From contig CBDCDC010000002.1 of NCBI GenBank assembly GCA_965215195.1, forward strand, positions 1,376,001-1,440,000: DNA of 64,000 bases, given 5' to 3'. Of the stretch, positions 16,919-27,019 are shown piece by piece (positions within the stretch are counted from its first letter, which is position 1; each line of letters starts with the position of its first letter). The notes under the pieces are model-generated. The model worked only from the letters and a program-made list of their open reading frames with translations. It had not been told where the DNA came from and searched no databases. The stretch comes from Candidatus Latescibacterota bacterium (GTDB lineage: Bacteria > Latescibacterota > UBA2968 > UBA8231). A program made the position numbers and the translations under genes.

Positions 16919-19114
16919 ATGCAAGACCGTGGCATTATCGCATACAAAGACAAGCTAGATCAGGTCATCGATCGCTATGGCGATTTTCTCGGCGATGAGG
17001 CGGCAAACCTCGCCCTAGAACACGGCATCCCCGCGGCCAAGGAATTGCAAGCAAACCTAACGGCCATTGAAGATGAAAACCGCCTACTCAAGATCGGCAT
17101 TGTGGGACGAGTCAAATCTGGAAAATCCTCCCTGCTAAACGCCCTGCTCTTCGCGGGGGAAAGCATCCTGCCCAAGGCCGCAACTCCCATGACAGCGTCC
17201 TTAACGACGCTTTCTTACGGGGAGAGCCAAACGGCCGAAGTGGAGTTTTTCACCCAAGAGGACTTGAGACATATTGAGGGCAAGTACAATGAATATAAGA
17301 CGCGAGAAGAGCGGCTCTACGAGAAATTTCTAACCGAAGAACAAGCAAAAGAGACTCGCTCGCGTAGGTCCCCAGAAGAGCGAGCGAGAAGTAAGGCCAA
17401 GCGGGCGATGGGGGATGGCAACGACGCATTGATCGCCGCTTATGAGCAATACGATAAAATCGAAAAATCCGGAATCAACACCAGGGCGCTCGAGAAAAAG
17501 ACCGTTCTCAAGTTTGCAAGGCTCGCCGCTTTGCGTGGTCAGTTGGATGATTACGTCGGCGCGACAGGCCGTTACATGCCCGTTACCAAAAGCGTCAACA
17601 TTCGGCTGCCGCAAGAGAATCTGCGGGATATAGAAATTGTGGACACGCCGGGTATTAACGATCCGGTTCAGTCGCGTGAGGCGCGAACCCAACAGCATTT
17701 GAGTCAATGCGATGTGGTGTTGATCGTCAGTCCCGCCGGTCAGTTTATGAGTTCGGCGGATCTGAACCTGATGGATCGCATTGCTGGGAAGGAAGGCATC
17801 CGCGAGCTATACGTGGTGGCGTCGCAAGCCGATACGCAGCTTTCCAGCAATTTGAAGGATGAAAACAACGGCGACTTGGATCGCGTGTTGGAGTGCCTCA
17901 CTACGGTGCTTGGCAGGCATCTGGAGGCGATCATTGGCGATTTGAAGAAGCGCAATCCCGAAGTGGGCACTACCTACGATCAGTTGCTCGATCAAGGTAA
18001 GATCATTCACACTGCGGGCATTTGCGAAAGTCTGAAGCAGAGTTTTGAGCAGAAAAATGCGTGGGATGCGGGGATGCAGCATGCTTGGGACTGTTTGTTG
18101 GCCGAGTATGGAGATTATTTCTCCGCTGAAGATGCGGAGTTGTCGCGCATCAATCTGGAGAAGTTGTCCAACATACCGCGCATTTGGGAAATCGTCGCCA
18201 ATGTACGCGAACGAAAGGACACCATAATCAAGGACCGCCAAACAGAGTACATCGGCGCAAAACGCCAGTCCCTACACGAGTTAAAAGACGGCTTGCTCAA
18301 GTATGCCAACCATCGGCATACTCAGATTGAGAATATGGAGCTTGAAAGCTTTAAGAAGCGGCGCGACCATTTGCACAAGCGTCTGGAAAGGACGGCTTAT
18401 CTGATTAGGGAGGCGCACGCGGAATCGGTTGATCAGGTTAAAAAAGACCTGAATGACAATTTTAGAAAGGAACTAGCAATTCGCGATCGGCAGGTCCAAG
18501 AGGATATCGCTGGAGCGAAAGGCGAAGAATATGAAAGTCATCCAACAGGTTTATTTAAGAGAGATAAGACAAGACGTATTGAGACTATCTACACGAATGC
18601 TGTCGTTTGGAGCTTGACGGAATCTGCTGACAAAATGATAGAGGAGATTGCCGAGAAAACAGACGCCCAAAAGGACCAGTGGCGGGGTAAACTCAATAAG
18701 GAGCTAACTAAAGTTTTGCAGCAAGAATTGGGCGATGAGGATGTAGAAGCATGGAGAGTCCGCGAGATTATCAGAAATGCCGTCAATTCCATATCCATCT
18801 CACCATTCAAACACAATACCCAATTGCCAGAGAAGCTGAGTTCTCAGGGTGTGTTGAGGGATAAGGACGCGAGGAATTTTTTTGATAAGGCATGCGACTA
18901 TTCTAAGGAATCTTGTAGCGACCTTCGCAAGAAGGTGAATCGGTACATCAAAGATCTCACCGCAGAGATGGGCAGAGTTGAGTTAGACAAGTTGCTGCTG
19001 GAAAAATTCAACGAGGAATTCGCTTCCCTTGAGGAGTCGATTGCCAAGAAGGAAATGGAGTTGAAGCGAATCGCCCGCATTAGGGAAGAACTGAAGGAGA
19101 TTGATAATGGCTAA
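16919..19114 (+). CDS. Bacterial dynamin-like GTPase A
   Basis: G1 GRVKSGKS, G2 ATPMT, G3 DTPG, degenerate G4 SQAD; long helical/coiled-coil C-terminus. Confidence 0.88.
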   Translation: MQDRGIIAYKDKLDQVIDRYGDFLGDEAANLALEHGIPAAKELQANLTAIEDENRLLKIGIVGRVKSGKSSLLNALLFAGESILPKAATPMTASLTTLSYGESQTAEVEFFTQEDLRHIEGKYNEYKTREERLYEKFLTEEQAKETRSRRSPEERARSKAKRAMGDGNDALIAAYEQYDKIEKSGINTRALEKKTVLKFARLAALRGQLDDYVGATGRYMPVTKSVNIRLPQENLRDIEIVDTPGINDPVQSREARTQQHLSQCDVVLIVSPAGQFMSSADLNLMDRIAGKEGIRELYVVASQADTQLSSNLKDENNGDLDRVLECLTTVLGRHLEAIIGDLKKRNPEVGTTYDQLLDQGKIIHTAGICESLKQSFEQKNAWDAGMQHAWDCLLAEYGDYFSAEDAELSRINLEKLSNIPRIWEIVANVRERKDTIIKDRQTEYIGAKRQSLHELKDGLLKYANHRHTQIENMELESFKKRRDHLHKRLERTAYLIREAHAESVDQVKKDLNDNFRKELAIRDRQVQEDIAGAKGEEYESHPTGLFKRDKTRRIETIYTNAVVWSLTESADKMIEEIAEKTDAQKDQWRGKLNKELTKVLQQELGDEDVEAWRVREIIRNAVNSISISPFKHNTQLPEKLSSQGVLRDKDARNFFDKACDYSKESCSDLRKKVNRYIKDLTAEMGRVELDKLLLEKFNEEFASLEESIAKKEMELKRIARIREELKEIDNG

Positions 19115-21419
19115 GAGTACGCTGCATTCAGCCGCGGATCATCGCAGTTTTGATTCGTTGCGTTCAGAGCACGAGGAGTTGCAAAAAAAATACAAACTGG
19201 TCTCCGATCTGCTCACGGCCAAACCCAACAAACACGTAGAATTCGAGAAGTTCGAGCGCCTCTTGAACGAGGAGTTTCGGGCATTTGCTGATGCGGAGTC
19301 GTCGCTGGCCGAGGAAGCGGCCGCGGTGCAGCGCCTCGAAAAACTGGCCGAGCGGCTGAAAGAACTGGTGGTCTTTCCGCATCTTTTCGCCAAGCGATCC
19401 ATTGCCATTGGGGGCGGGTTCAGCAGCGGCAAGTCGGCGTTTGTCAACAGTTTTATCGAGGGACATGACCATTTGCTGCCGGAGCGAGTCGAACCGGCCA
19501 CGGCCATTCCTTCCTTCGTCATCGCCAATTCGGAACTGGTGATCAAGGGCTTTTCCCGCACCGGCGATACGGTGGATATCGACCCGACCCTGTACTCCCA
19601 ATTATCCCACAATTTTATCGATACCTTTTCTTTTAATCTCAAGGACATCATGCCTTCCATCACAGTAGAGGTTCCTTTGCGCGACAACTTGTTTGAAAAC
19701 CTCTGCTTGATCGATACGCCGGGCTACAATCCAGGGGGCCGGAATGAAGACCGCACTACGGCGGCTGATTTTCTCAAGGATCGAGATGCGCTCATCTGGA
19801 TTATTGGGTTGGATTCTACTGGCACGGTTCCCAAGGACGATTTGGAGTTTCTGGAGGATTTGGAATTGGGGTCTTTGCCGTTTTACGTGGTTTTGAACAA
19901 GGCGGACAGAAGACCCCGCAGTGAATTGGAGAAGGTGCTGAGCGAGGTGCAGGATACGCTTGCCGACGCGGATTTCGACCCTCTTGGAATCTGCGTGTAT
20001 AATTCCCGCCGCGGTGAGCAATTCTTAGATGATGGGATGTCGTTGGCGGACTTTTTCCGCGAGCAAAACCAACCCAAAGAAGCGAACACGGGCTTGAAGC
20101 AGGAGATTGAGGGCGTCTTTGAGATGTATGAGAATGCCATTCGCAAAGACGAAAGAACGGCCAAGTGGATGACAAACGAACTCAACGCTATCGACTTTCA
20201 TCTTTCTGAGTTGAGTCCTGACGATGCGGACGTTTTAGGGGAAAAAGTCAGCAAGCTCATCGACTCGCAAAAGAGAGATTTCGCGCCGATCAAGAAACAG
20301 ATGAGCGAGATCCGGCAAAAGATGCTCAGTGCCGTTGATGAAATTTTCCGGTCGCTGAACCTTGCCAAGCCGGAACGAACAGCGCGGGAAGCGAAAGGCG
20401 AGAGTGAGGAAAGAGAATTTATTGCGAAGATAGGTCGCAAGCCATCGCCGAATATCGTGTACAACAAAGGAGTGACCGACCTCCATCACGCTGGGCATCT
20501 GAATCTGCCTGTACTCGCTCAATCCCTGCTGGATCAGGGAGCCGACATCGAGGCAAAGGCCACACTACACGCCAGTATCTCGCCGCACCTTACGACACTT
20601 TTGGATAAAATGGGAATGGGAGACGATGAGTTTGAGCTAGAAGACAGTACGCCGCTGCACATTGCGGCGTTTGCAAATGCGCGGGAGACCGCCGAAGTCT
20701 TGATCCAAAACGGAGCCAACATCAACGCCAAAGACAACGAGGGCCGGACGCCGCTGCACTGGACGGCGGTGGGGAATGCGCGGGAGACCGCCGAAGTCTT
20801 GATCCAAAACAGAACCAACATCAACGACAAGGACAACGAGGGCGGGACGCCGCTGCACGCTGCGGCGTTTGCAAATGCGCGGGAGACCGCCGAAGCCTTG
20901 ATCCAAAACGGAGCCAACATCAACGCCAAAGCCAACAAGGGCTGGACGCCGCTGTACGCTGCGGCGTTTGCAAATGCGCGGGAGACCGCCGAAGTCTTGA
21001 TCCAAAACAGAGCCAATATCAACGCCAAGGACAACGAGGGCACTACACCGCTGCACGCTGCGGCGTTGGGGAATGCGCGGGAGACCGCCGAAGCCTTGAT
21101 CCAAAACAGAGCCGATGTCTATGCCAAAGCCAAGCATGGCGTTACGCCGCTGCACTATGCGGCGTTGGAGGATGCTTCGTCGGTGGCGGCGGTGTTGCTT
21201 GAGCAGGGAGCCGACATCAACGCCAAAGCCAAGCATGGCGGGACGCCGCTGCATGCTGCGGCGTTTGCAAATGCGCGGAAGACCGCCGAAGTCTTGATCC
21301 AAAACGGAGCCAACATCAACGCCAAGGACAACGAGGGCACTACACCGCTGCACGATGCGAAGGAGAATGGAGCTCGTGAAACAGCAGAGTTATTGATCCG
21401 CTATGGTGGCCAACGTTAG
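19107..21419 (+). CDS. Bacterial dynamin-like GTPase B fused to C-terminal ankyrin repeats
   Basis: G1 GGFSSGKS, G2 PATA, G3 DTPG, G4 NKAD, then 8 TPLH-type 33-aa repeats; overlaps the upstream gene by 8 nt. Confidence 0.88.
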   Translation: MAKSTLHSAADHRSFDSLRSEHEELQKKYKLVSDLLTAKPNKHVEFEKFERLLNEEFRAFADAESSLAEEAAAVQRLEKLAERLKELVVFPHLFAKRSIAIGGGFSSGKSAFVNSFIEGHDHLLPERVEPATAIPSFVIANSELVIKGFSRTGDTVDIDPTLYSQLSHNFIDTFSFNLKDIMPSITVEVPLRDNLFENLCLIDTPGYNPGGRNEDRTTAADFLKDRDALIWIIGLDSTGTVPKDDLEFLEDLELGSLPFYVVLNKADRRPRSELEKVLSEVQDTLADADFDPLGICVYNSRRGEQFLDDGMSLADFFREQNQPKEANTGLKQEIEGVFEMYENAIRKDERTAKWMTNELNAIDFHLSELSPDDADVLGEKVSKLIDSQKRDFAPIKKQMSEIRQKMLSAVDEIFRSLNLAKPERTAREAKGESEEREFIAKIGRKPSPNIVYNKGVTDLHHAGHLNLPVLAQSLLDQGADIEAKATLHASISPHLTTLLDKMGMGDDEFELEDSTPLHIAAFANARETAEVLIQNGANINAKDNEGRTPLHWTAVGNARETAEVLIQNRTNINDKDNEGGTPLHAAAFANARETAEALIQNGANINAKANKGWTPLYAAAFANARETAEVLIQNRANINAKDNEGTTPLHAAALGNARETAEALIQNRADVYAKAKHGVTPLHYAALEDASSVAAVLLEQGADINAKAKHGGTPLHAAAFANARKTAEVLIQNGANINAKDNEGTTPLHDAKENGARETAELLIRYGGQR
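20649..21410 (+). repeat. 99-bp tandem repeats encoding 8 ankyrin repeats
   Basis: Recurring ACGCCGCTGCAC...GCAAATGCGCGGGAGACCGCCGAAGTCTTGATCCAAAAC with 99-nt period. Confidence 0.92.
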
Positions 21420-21440
21420 CCGTCCACACACCTCATCCAA

Positions 21441-22760
21441 ATGAACGAAAACCAGCCTCACAAAGTTCACCTAGTCAGCTTGGGGTGCCCGAAAAACACG
21501 GTCGATTCCGAGCGGATGCTGGGGCTTTTGCAGGGCCATGCCTATCAGATGACGGACGCGCCGGAAGAAGCGGACGTGGTGGTGGTCAATACCTGCGGCT
21601 TTATCGAACCGGCCAAAGAGGAGTCCCTCGCCGCGATTATGGACGCGCATCGGCTCAAGCAAGAAGGTCAATGCGAGGGCGTGATCGTCACGGGGTGTCT
21701 ATCGACGCGCTACTACGAAGAGCTAGCGCAGGAGTTGGTGGAGGCCGACAAGCTGTTGACGATCGCCGACGAGGCCGACATCGTCCACCACGTTGACGAC
21801 GTGTTGGGCGTCCAGCGGCCCGATTACTTAGCTAGTTTGCCGCGCACCTCGCTGACGCCCAAGCACTGGGCATACCTGCGCATATCCGACGGCTGCGATC
21901 ACCAATGCGCCTTTTGCGCCATTCCCGCCATTCGCGGGCGGCACAAAAGCGAGCCGCTCGAACAGCTCGTGGCCGAGGCCGAGCGGCTGGCCGCGGAAGG
22001 GGTGCGGGAGCTGGTCTTGGTCTCGCAGGATTCAGTGCGCTACGGGGCCGATCTGTACGGCCGGCCCCAGCTCGTGCGCCTTTTGCAAGCCCTCGCCGAG
22101 GTGGAGGGCATTGAGTGGATGCGCTTGATGTACACCTATCCGGCGTTTTGGACCGAGGAATTGATCGACTTCTACGCCACATGCGACAAAATGTGCGGGT
22201 ACATCGACATGCCGCTACAGCACATTGCCGACCCGGTGCTCAAGCGCATGAAGCGGGCGACGACGCGCCAAAAGACGCTCGATCTGCTGGCGCGACTGCG
22301 GGAGCGGCTGCCCGGGGCCGGGCTGCGCTCGACGTTCATCGTCGGCTTTCCCGGGGAGACCGACGCCGATTTTGCCGCCTTACTGGAGTTTGTGGCCGAG
22401 ACGCGCTTCGACTACGCGACCGGCTTTCTCTACTCGCCGGAAGATGGGACCACAGCCTATGAGCTCGGCGATCCGGTCGCCGAGGAAATCAAGCAGGAGC
22501 GCTACAGCCGCCTGACGCAACTGCAAGAGCGCGTGGGCACGGAGAAAAACGACGCCCTAGTCGGTACGCGGCAGCAGGTCTTGGTCGATGCGCACGACGG
22601 GGCGGTGTGCTATGGGCGGATGGAGCGCGACGCCCCGGAAATCGACGGCCAAGTCATCATCGCCGAGGGCATGCCGCCGGTGGGTTCTTTCGTCGCAGTG
22701 GAGATCACGGCCGCCGCGCCCTACGAGCTGACCGCTAAGGTAGTGGGAGAGCCGCGTTGA
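21441..22760 (+). CDS. rimO: Ribosomal protein S12 methylthiotransferase
   Basis: SLGCPKNTVDSE, NTCGFI, GCDHQCAFCAIP, APEIDG. Confidence 0.95.
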   Translation: MNENQPHKVHLVSLGCPKNTVDSERMLGLLQGHAYQMTDAPEEADVVVVNTCGFIEPAKEESLAAIMDAHRLKQEGQCEGVIVTGCLSTRYYEELAQELVEADKLLTIADEADIVHHVDDVLGVQRPDYLASLPRTSLTPKHWAYLRISDGCDHQCAFCAIPAIRGRHKSEPLEQLVAEAERLAAEGVRELVLVSQDSVRYGADLYGRPQLVRLLQALAEVEGIEWMRLMYTYPAFWTEELIDFYATCDKMCGYIDMPLQHIADPVLKRMKRATTRQKTLDLLARLRERLPGAGLRSTFIVGFPGETDADFAALLEFVAETRFDYATGFLYSPEDGTTAYELGDPVAEEIKQERYSRLTQLQERVGTEKNDALVGTRQQVLVDAHDGAVCYGRMERDAPEIDGQVIIAEGMPPVGSFVAVEITAAAPYELTAKVVGEPR

Positions 22761-23074
22761 ACAAGGCAAAGCCACGCACCATCGCCGTGGATGACCGGGC
22801 CGGCGAATTGGTCATCGCGTGGAGCAATGGCCGCGAGAGCCGCTACGCCTTGGAGGGCTTGCGACGCGAGTGTCCCTGCGCCCACTGCCGGGAATTGCGC
22901 GACGCGAGCGAGGGCGGTTTGACGCTCTTACAGCCCGAGGCCGCGTCGGCTACGGCCGAAGTGCGGGGAGTTAGCTACGTCGGCCGCTACGGCATTCGCA
23001 TTGAATGGGCCGACGGGCACGATCACGGCATTTATACATTTGAGTTTTTTCGCGCTATCGACGCGGGCGGATGA
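22757..23074 (+). CDS. DUF971 / GBBH-like N-terminal domain protein
   Basis: LRRECPCAHC, VGRYGI, WADGHDHGIY. Confidence 0.88.
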   Translation: MNKAKPRTIAVDDRAGELVIAWSNGRESRYALEGLRRECPCAHCRELRDASEGGLTLLQPEAASATAEVRGVSYVGRYGIRIEWADGHDHGIYTFEFFRAIDAGG

Positions 23075-23100
23075 GGCAAGGCGGGCTTGGGGAAGCTACC

Positions 23101-23496
23101 CTACCGCAACCACGCCTCAAGATATTCCTTTACGGCACCGCTTACATGAGGCGAATCGCTTATCTCTTTCCGCAGCCGATGCACTACTTTGAAAGGGAGA
23201 TTCCCAACTATGGCATACAGGTTAAGGAATTTCGGATTAATGGAAAACTCAATTTTCTTAGGATTGACTAACCCCACCGCGGTTTGATCTATATAGCGAC
23301 AATGATGGCTGAAGTCAGGCCATTCACTAGCTGAGACGATGATGTGGGGAGTATCTTGGGGAGCGACTCTATTGCGATTGCGGTAAACAACCGCAACCGC
23401 GACTTCTGGGGCCTCTGAGGGAAATGGCGTCGTAAGAACGACTAGCTCTGGATGAGAGGAACCTTTCGGAGAAAGACATAGCCCCTCCCAGTTCAT
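23101..23496 (-). CDS. Hypothetical protein, putative PemK/MazF-like toxin paired with Panacea
   Basis: ATGA overlap with the Panacea gene; pattern loosely like Panacea-associated PemK-like proteins. Confidence 0.5.
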   Translation of the reverse strand: MNWEGLCLSPKGSSHPELVVLTTPFPSEAPEVAVAVVYRNRNRVAPQDTPHIIVSASEWPDFSHHCRYIDQTAVGLVNPKKIEFSINPKFLNLYAIVGNLPFKVVHRLRKEISDSPHVSGAVKEYLEAWLR

Positions 23497-24074
23497 TTGA
23501 GGAGATCCAAGAGAGCCTGTCCTTTGAGACGGCGCAAGGTGAAGTTAATTTCCTCTTGTGATTTGCCTAGTGCGCTAAGAATATCGCGTACGGATAGGGG
23601 TATTCTGCGCTCTCCATACCGATCTTCATCGGGGTTTTGGTATTCCGGCAGATCGTGGCTCTCATCGCGCAGTTGCTGCCAAGATTTGCTCCCATGCTCG
23701 GCAAAAATCTCATCCGCTAGTGCTATTTCAAATTCGGATAGCTCATCCACAGCAGCAGGCTTAATCAGCTTGATGTGGTACTGGTCGCTCGGTGCAATGT
23801 GCTGCGACCAAACCCCCTCGTCTCTAGTAGAGACCCCTCTGGCTAAGTCCATAGTTGCACTGACCACAGGTCCATGGGGGAGAGAAAAATAAATGTCTGT
23901 CGAGACGGCTACTCCACGGCGATCAAAGGCTGCTCTATCAATGAGATAGATCAATTTGATCAGTGAAAGATGCGGATACGGCCTATTCACTTTACTGAGC
24001 AGGTACGCGGCAAGCTGAGTAGCTTTCCTCTCGTTAAAATAAGGACGGGTTGGGACCTGTTCGGATTGCATCAT
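23493..24074 (-). CDS. Panacea/SocA (DUF4065) antitoxin
   Basis: FNERKATQ, LIKLIYLIDR, LPHGPV, SHDLPEY; RBS AGGAGG. Confidence 0.85.
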   Translation of the reverse strand: MMQSEQVPTRPYFNERKATQLAAYLLSKVNRPYPHLSLIKLIYLIDRAAFDRRGVAVSTDIYFSLPHGPVVSATMDLARGVSTRDEGVWSQHIAPSDQYHIKLIKPAAVDELSEFEIALADEIFAEHGSKSWQQLRDESHDLPEYQNPDEDRYGERRIPLSVRDILSALGKSQEEINFTLRRLKGQALLDLLK

Positions 24075-24358
24075 GACCTCTTTACCTCCTGAGGGGGACT
24101 ATTATCCGATTAGATCGTGAACATATGAACACCTTTTCACCACGGCAAGTCTGTAGTATCCGTTTATGCGGTGCCCTATTCTTTAACATACATTTCTGGT
24201 TAGCTGTCCGTCAATTATTGACCTCTGCATTTCTAATGGAGTGGCGTTTCAACCTTGCTTCGCCTCAGATCGTATTCCTTTATCTATGCAGGTATCAATT
24301 AGGTGTGAAGGGCGGGCAGCTTTGGTAGCCGGTCCACAATGTATGTAATTCCCCTTTT

Positions 24359-26425
24359 TTACGCCGCCTGACGCGCCGGAACGTCGCGGGGCGCACGGGC
24401 GATCCACTGCTCGGCGAGGAGGAGGCCGAGGGCCAACAGCAGGAATTCGCGCCACAACTCGCGGCCGTGGCGGTTGCCCAAGACCGCGAGGCGCAGGTCG
24501 TCGCCCGGGCCGAGGAAGTGGACTTCTGCGTCTGCAAAAACGCTCCGGACGTACTCGGCTGCTACGGGCGCGAGCGCAGATTCGCGGGCGTCGAGGTTGA
24601 CGGCGAACGCATCAACGGCTGCGCCGGCAACGCGGAGTCGCCAGATGCCGGCCTCGCCGACTTGGGGAATTTTCCACAAGTATTGGCCGCCGACGCGCTC
24701 CGGCTCCAAGCGCAGGTGCTCGCCCGACGGCGTTTCGGCCTCTACGGCCGCTTCCATTGGCACATCGGCCAAGCGGCGATAGACCGTTTCCCCGACCAAG
24801 TAGGCAGCGCGGCGGTCGGACGGCAGGCTCAACTCGCGCACTAAGCGGTGCAGGAGGGGAGCGAACAGCCCGCGTTGGTGCAGGTCGTTCCACTGCGGGT
24901 CAATGGGGAAGGCCGCGAGCGCGACGCGCCCCTGCCCCTGCCAAGCTAGCGCCATGGCGAGTTGCCCGTCACCTAAGCGGGCCAAGGGCAAAAGGTCGGG
25001 CGCAGGGACCATGGCGAAATAGGCGTAGAAGCGCGGTTTATCTTGGCCGCTGGCGAGGAGGTCGTTGAAAAGCTGGTGGTGCGGCTCGTCCTCGTCTAGG
25101 ACTTGATAGGTGGCTGCGTTGCCGGGTGCGCCGATCCGCTCTTTGAAGCGCCCCGGAGTCAGGCCGGGCAAGAGATCGCGGTTGTAGTAGCCGAGGTCGC
25201 TGTGCGGCGCGGGAAAGAGGACTACGCCGCCGCCGCTGGCGACGAACTCGTCCAAGGCCGCCTTTTGCACTGCGCTCAGCCGCGCGAGGTTGCAGAGCAC
25301 GAGCACATGTACTCCGGCGAGGGTGCTGGCGTTGAGGTCGGCGAAGAGACCCGTGCGGATTTTCACGGCTGGATCGGAGAGGGCCGCCGCCCCGAGCGCC
25401 CGGCGCACGTAGTACGCGTCCTCGGGCCGCTCGCCCAACAGCAGCGCGGTGATGGCGGTGGGCAGGTCGAGCGTGAAGTAGCGGCGGTTGTCGAGCGCGA
25501 GCCCGTCGTCTGCGAGCGCGATGTGCCCACTTAGCCGCCCGGGCCGTCGCGGCGAGAAGCTGAGTGCTACTTGGGTCGTGCCCGGCGCTCCGGGATTCAC
25601 GCTTTGGCGGCGCACGCGCTGGCCATCGACAAAAAGGTCCAGCGTTGTGCCTTCACCGCTGTGTGCGATTTCGGCTTGCATGGCGACCTTGGCGTCGGCC
25701 GCGAGCATCCAACTCGGGGCCGCGACCCGCTTGACGTAGGCATTCGGCCGGGTCTGGGCGCGAGGGCCAGCCATATAGACGCGCGTACCAGCAAAGGACG
25801 GGACCGAGTCCTCAAGTTCATCCCAATTGTAGTGGGCCAAATCAGTGAAAATAAAAAGTTCGTGCGCTAGTGCGGATTCTTGGTTGAAGCGTTGGGCCGC
25901 CGCGTGCAAGGCCGCGCGCAAGTCGGTCGCCTCTTGCGTCGGCGCGAGTTCGGCAATGCGCTCGGCCAAGTGGGCGCGGTCGCCGGCAAAAGGAGCGTGG
26001 GGCCGTTGGGCAAAAGGCTGCACTGCCACTTGATCGCGCTGGGGCAAAACGGCCAGCAGATCGCCGAGCTGGCGTTGGAGCTGGTCGAAAAGGGAGCTGC
26101 TGTCGGAAGGCCGTTGGTAGCGGGTGCTGTACGACAGGTCCAAGAGCGCGTGAACGGCCACCGGGCGATTCCCACCGCCCCAGCCGCCGCCGGCTGTCGG
26201 CCGGGCAAAGGCGCAGACGATGAGCGCGACGATGAGCGTGCGCAGCAAGAGGACCAGCCACTGGCGCAACTGGAGCCGCCGCATGCGGTTTTGCTGTAAC
26301 TGGCGCAGAAAGGCGAAGTCGCTGAAAGGATGGGGCTGGGCGCGTCCTCGATGCAGCAGGTGGATGGCTAGGGGAAGGGCTGCCGCGACTAGTCCGAGGA
26401 GCAGCGCGGGATTGAGAAACTGCAA
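24359..26425 (-). CDS. BatA-domain (N-terminal double TM) vWA-like protein
   Basis: FLNP..L.GL....LPLAIHLL, LLLLR.L...AFARP, LDLSYS, DNRRY, C-terminal ELW...LLAEQW. Confidence 0.85.
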   Translation of the reverse strand: MQFLNPALLLGLVAAALPLAIHLLHRGRAQPHPFSDFAFLRQLQQNRMRRLQLRQWLVLLLRTLIVALIVCAFARPTAGGGWGGGNRPVAVHALLDLSYSTRYQRPSDSSSLFDQLQRQLGDLLAVLPQRDQVAVQPFAQRPHAPFAGDRAHLAERIAELAPTQEATDLRAALHAAAQRFNQESALAHELFIFTDLAHYNWDELEDSVPSFAGTRVYMAGPRAQTRPNAYVKRVAAPSWMLAADAKVAMQAEIAHSGEGTTLDLFVDGQRVRRQSVNPGAPGTTQVALSFSPRRPGRLSGHIALADDGLALDNRRYFTLDLPTAITALLLGERPEDAYYVRRALGAAALSDPAVKIRTGLFADLNASTLAGVHVLVLCNLARLSAVQKAALDEFVASGGGVVLFPAPHSDLGYYNRDLLPGLTPGRFKERIGAPGNAATYQVLDEDEPHHQLFNDLLASGQDKPRFYAYFAMVPAPDLLPLARLGDGQLAMALAWQGQGRVALAAFPIDPQWNDLHQRGLFAPLLHRLVRELSLPSDRRAAYLVGETVYRRLADVPMEAAVEAETPSGEHLRLEPERVGGQYLWKIPQVGEAGIWRLRVAGAAVDAFAVNLDARESALAPVAAEYVRSVFADAEVHFLGPGDDLRLAVLGNRHGRELWREFLLLALGLLLAEQWIARAPRDVPARQAA

Positions 26426-26443
26426 GACGGGGAAGGGACTGCG

Positions 26444-26917
26444 CTAGTTCGCAGAAGGAATATCGCGCTCGGCCGCTTCGATGGTGGCGATGATTTCCTC
26501 GGCTGAATTCGCTTCGATGAGCTTCTTTTTGAACGCGTCGTTTTTGAGCAAGCGCGAAATCCGCGCCAGGGCCTTGATGTGGGGCCCGGAAACATTGGCC
26601 GGGGAGACCAGCAGGAAGAACACAAAAGCTGGCTCGCCGTCGAGGGCATCGAAATCAACCCCCCGCCGCTGGGTGCCCATAGCTGCGACCAGCTCGGTTG
26701 CCGCGGCCGATTTGCCGTGGGGGATGGCGATGCCGTCGCCGATGCCCGTGCTCATGATTTTTTCGCGGTCAAGTACGGCTTGCAATACTTGGTCGCGGTC
26801 GGTGATGGCGTCGCCCACCGGAAGCGAGTTGACCAGTTCGGCGATGATGTCCTCTTTGGATTCTCCTTTGAGGTCAACTATGGTGGATTCGGGCGACAGG
26901 ATGTCTAACAGGTTCAT
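26444..26917 (-). CDS. PTS EIIA (PtsN/fructose type)
   Basis: REKIMSTGIGDGIAIPHG, FDALDG.P, HIKALARISRLL. Confidence 0.9.
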   Translation of the reverse strand: MNLLDILSPESTIVDLKGESKEDIIAELVNSLPVGDAITDRDQVLQAVLDREKIMSTGIGDGIAIPHGKSAAATELVAAMGTQRRGVDFDALDGEPAFVFFLLVSPANVSGPHIKALARISRLLKNDAFKKKLIEANSAEEIIATIEAAERDIPSAN

Positions 26918-27019
26918 GCGCGTTATCTCCGGGTGATTTGCTGAAAAGTAAGCCATGCCCGCGACATTCGTCAACCTGATCAGTAATTAGTCCGACCCCG
27001 CCGGGGGACTGACCACTGG

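Noticed and set aside
20649-21410. Possible CRISPR array
   Set aside because: The 99-bp period is in frame and encodes ankyrin repeats; there are no unique spacers and no cas genes.
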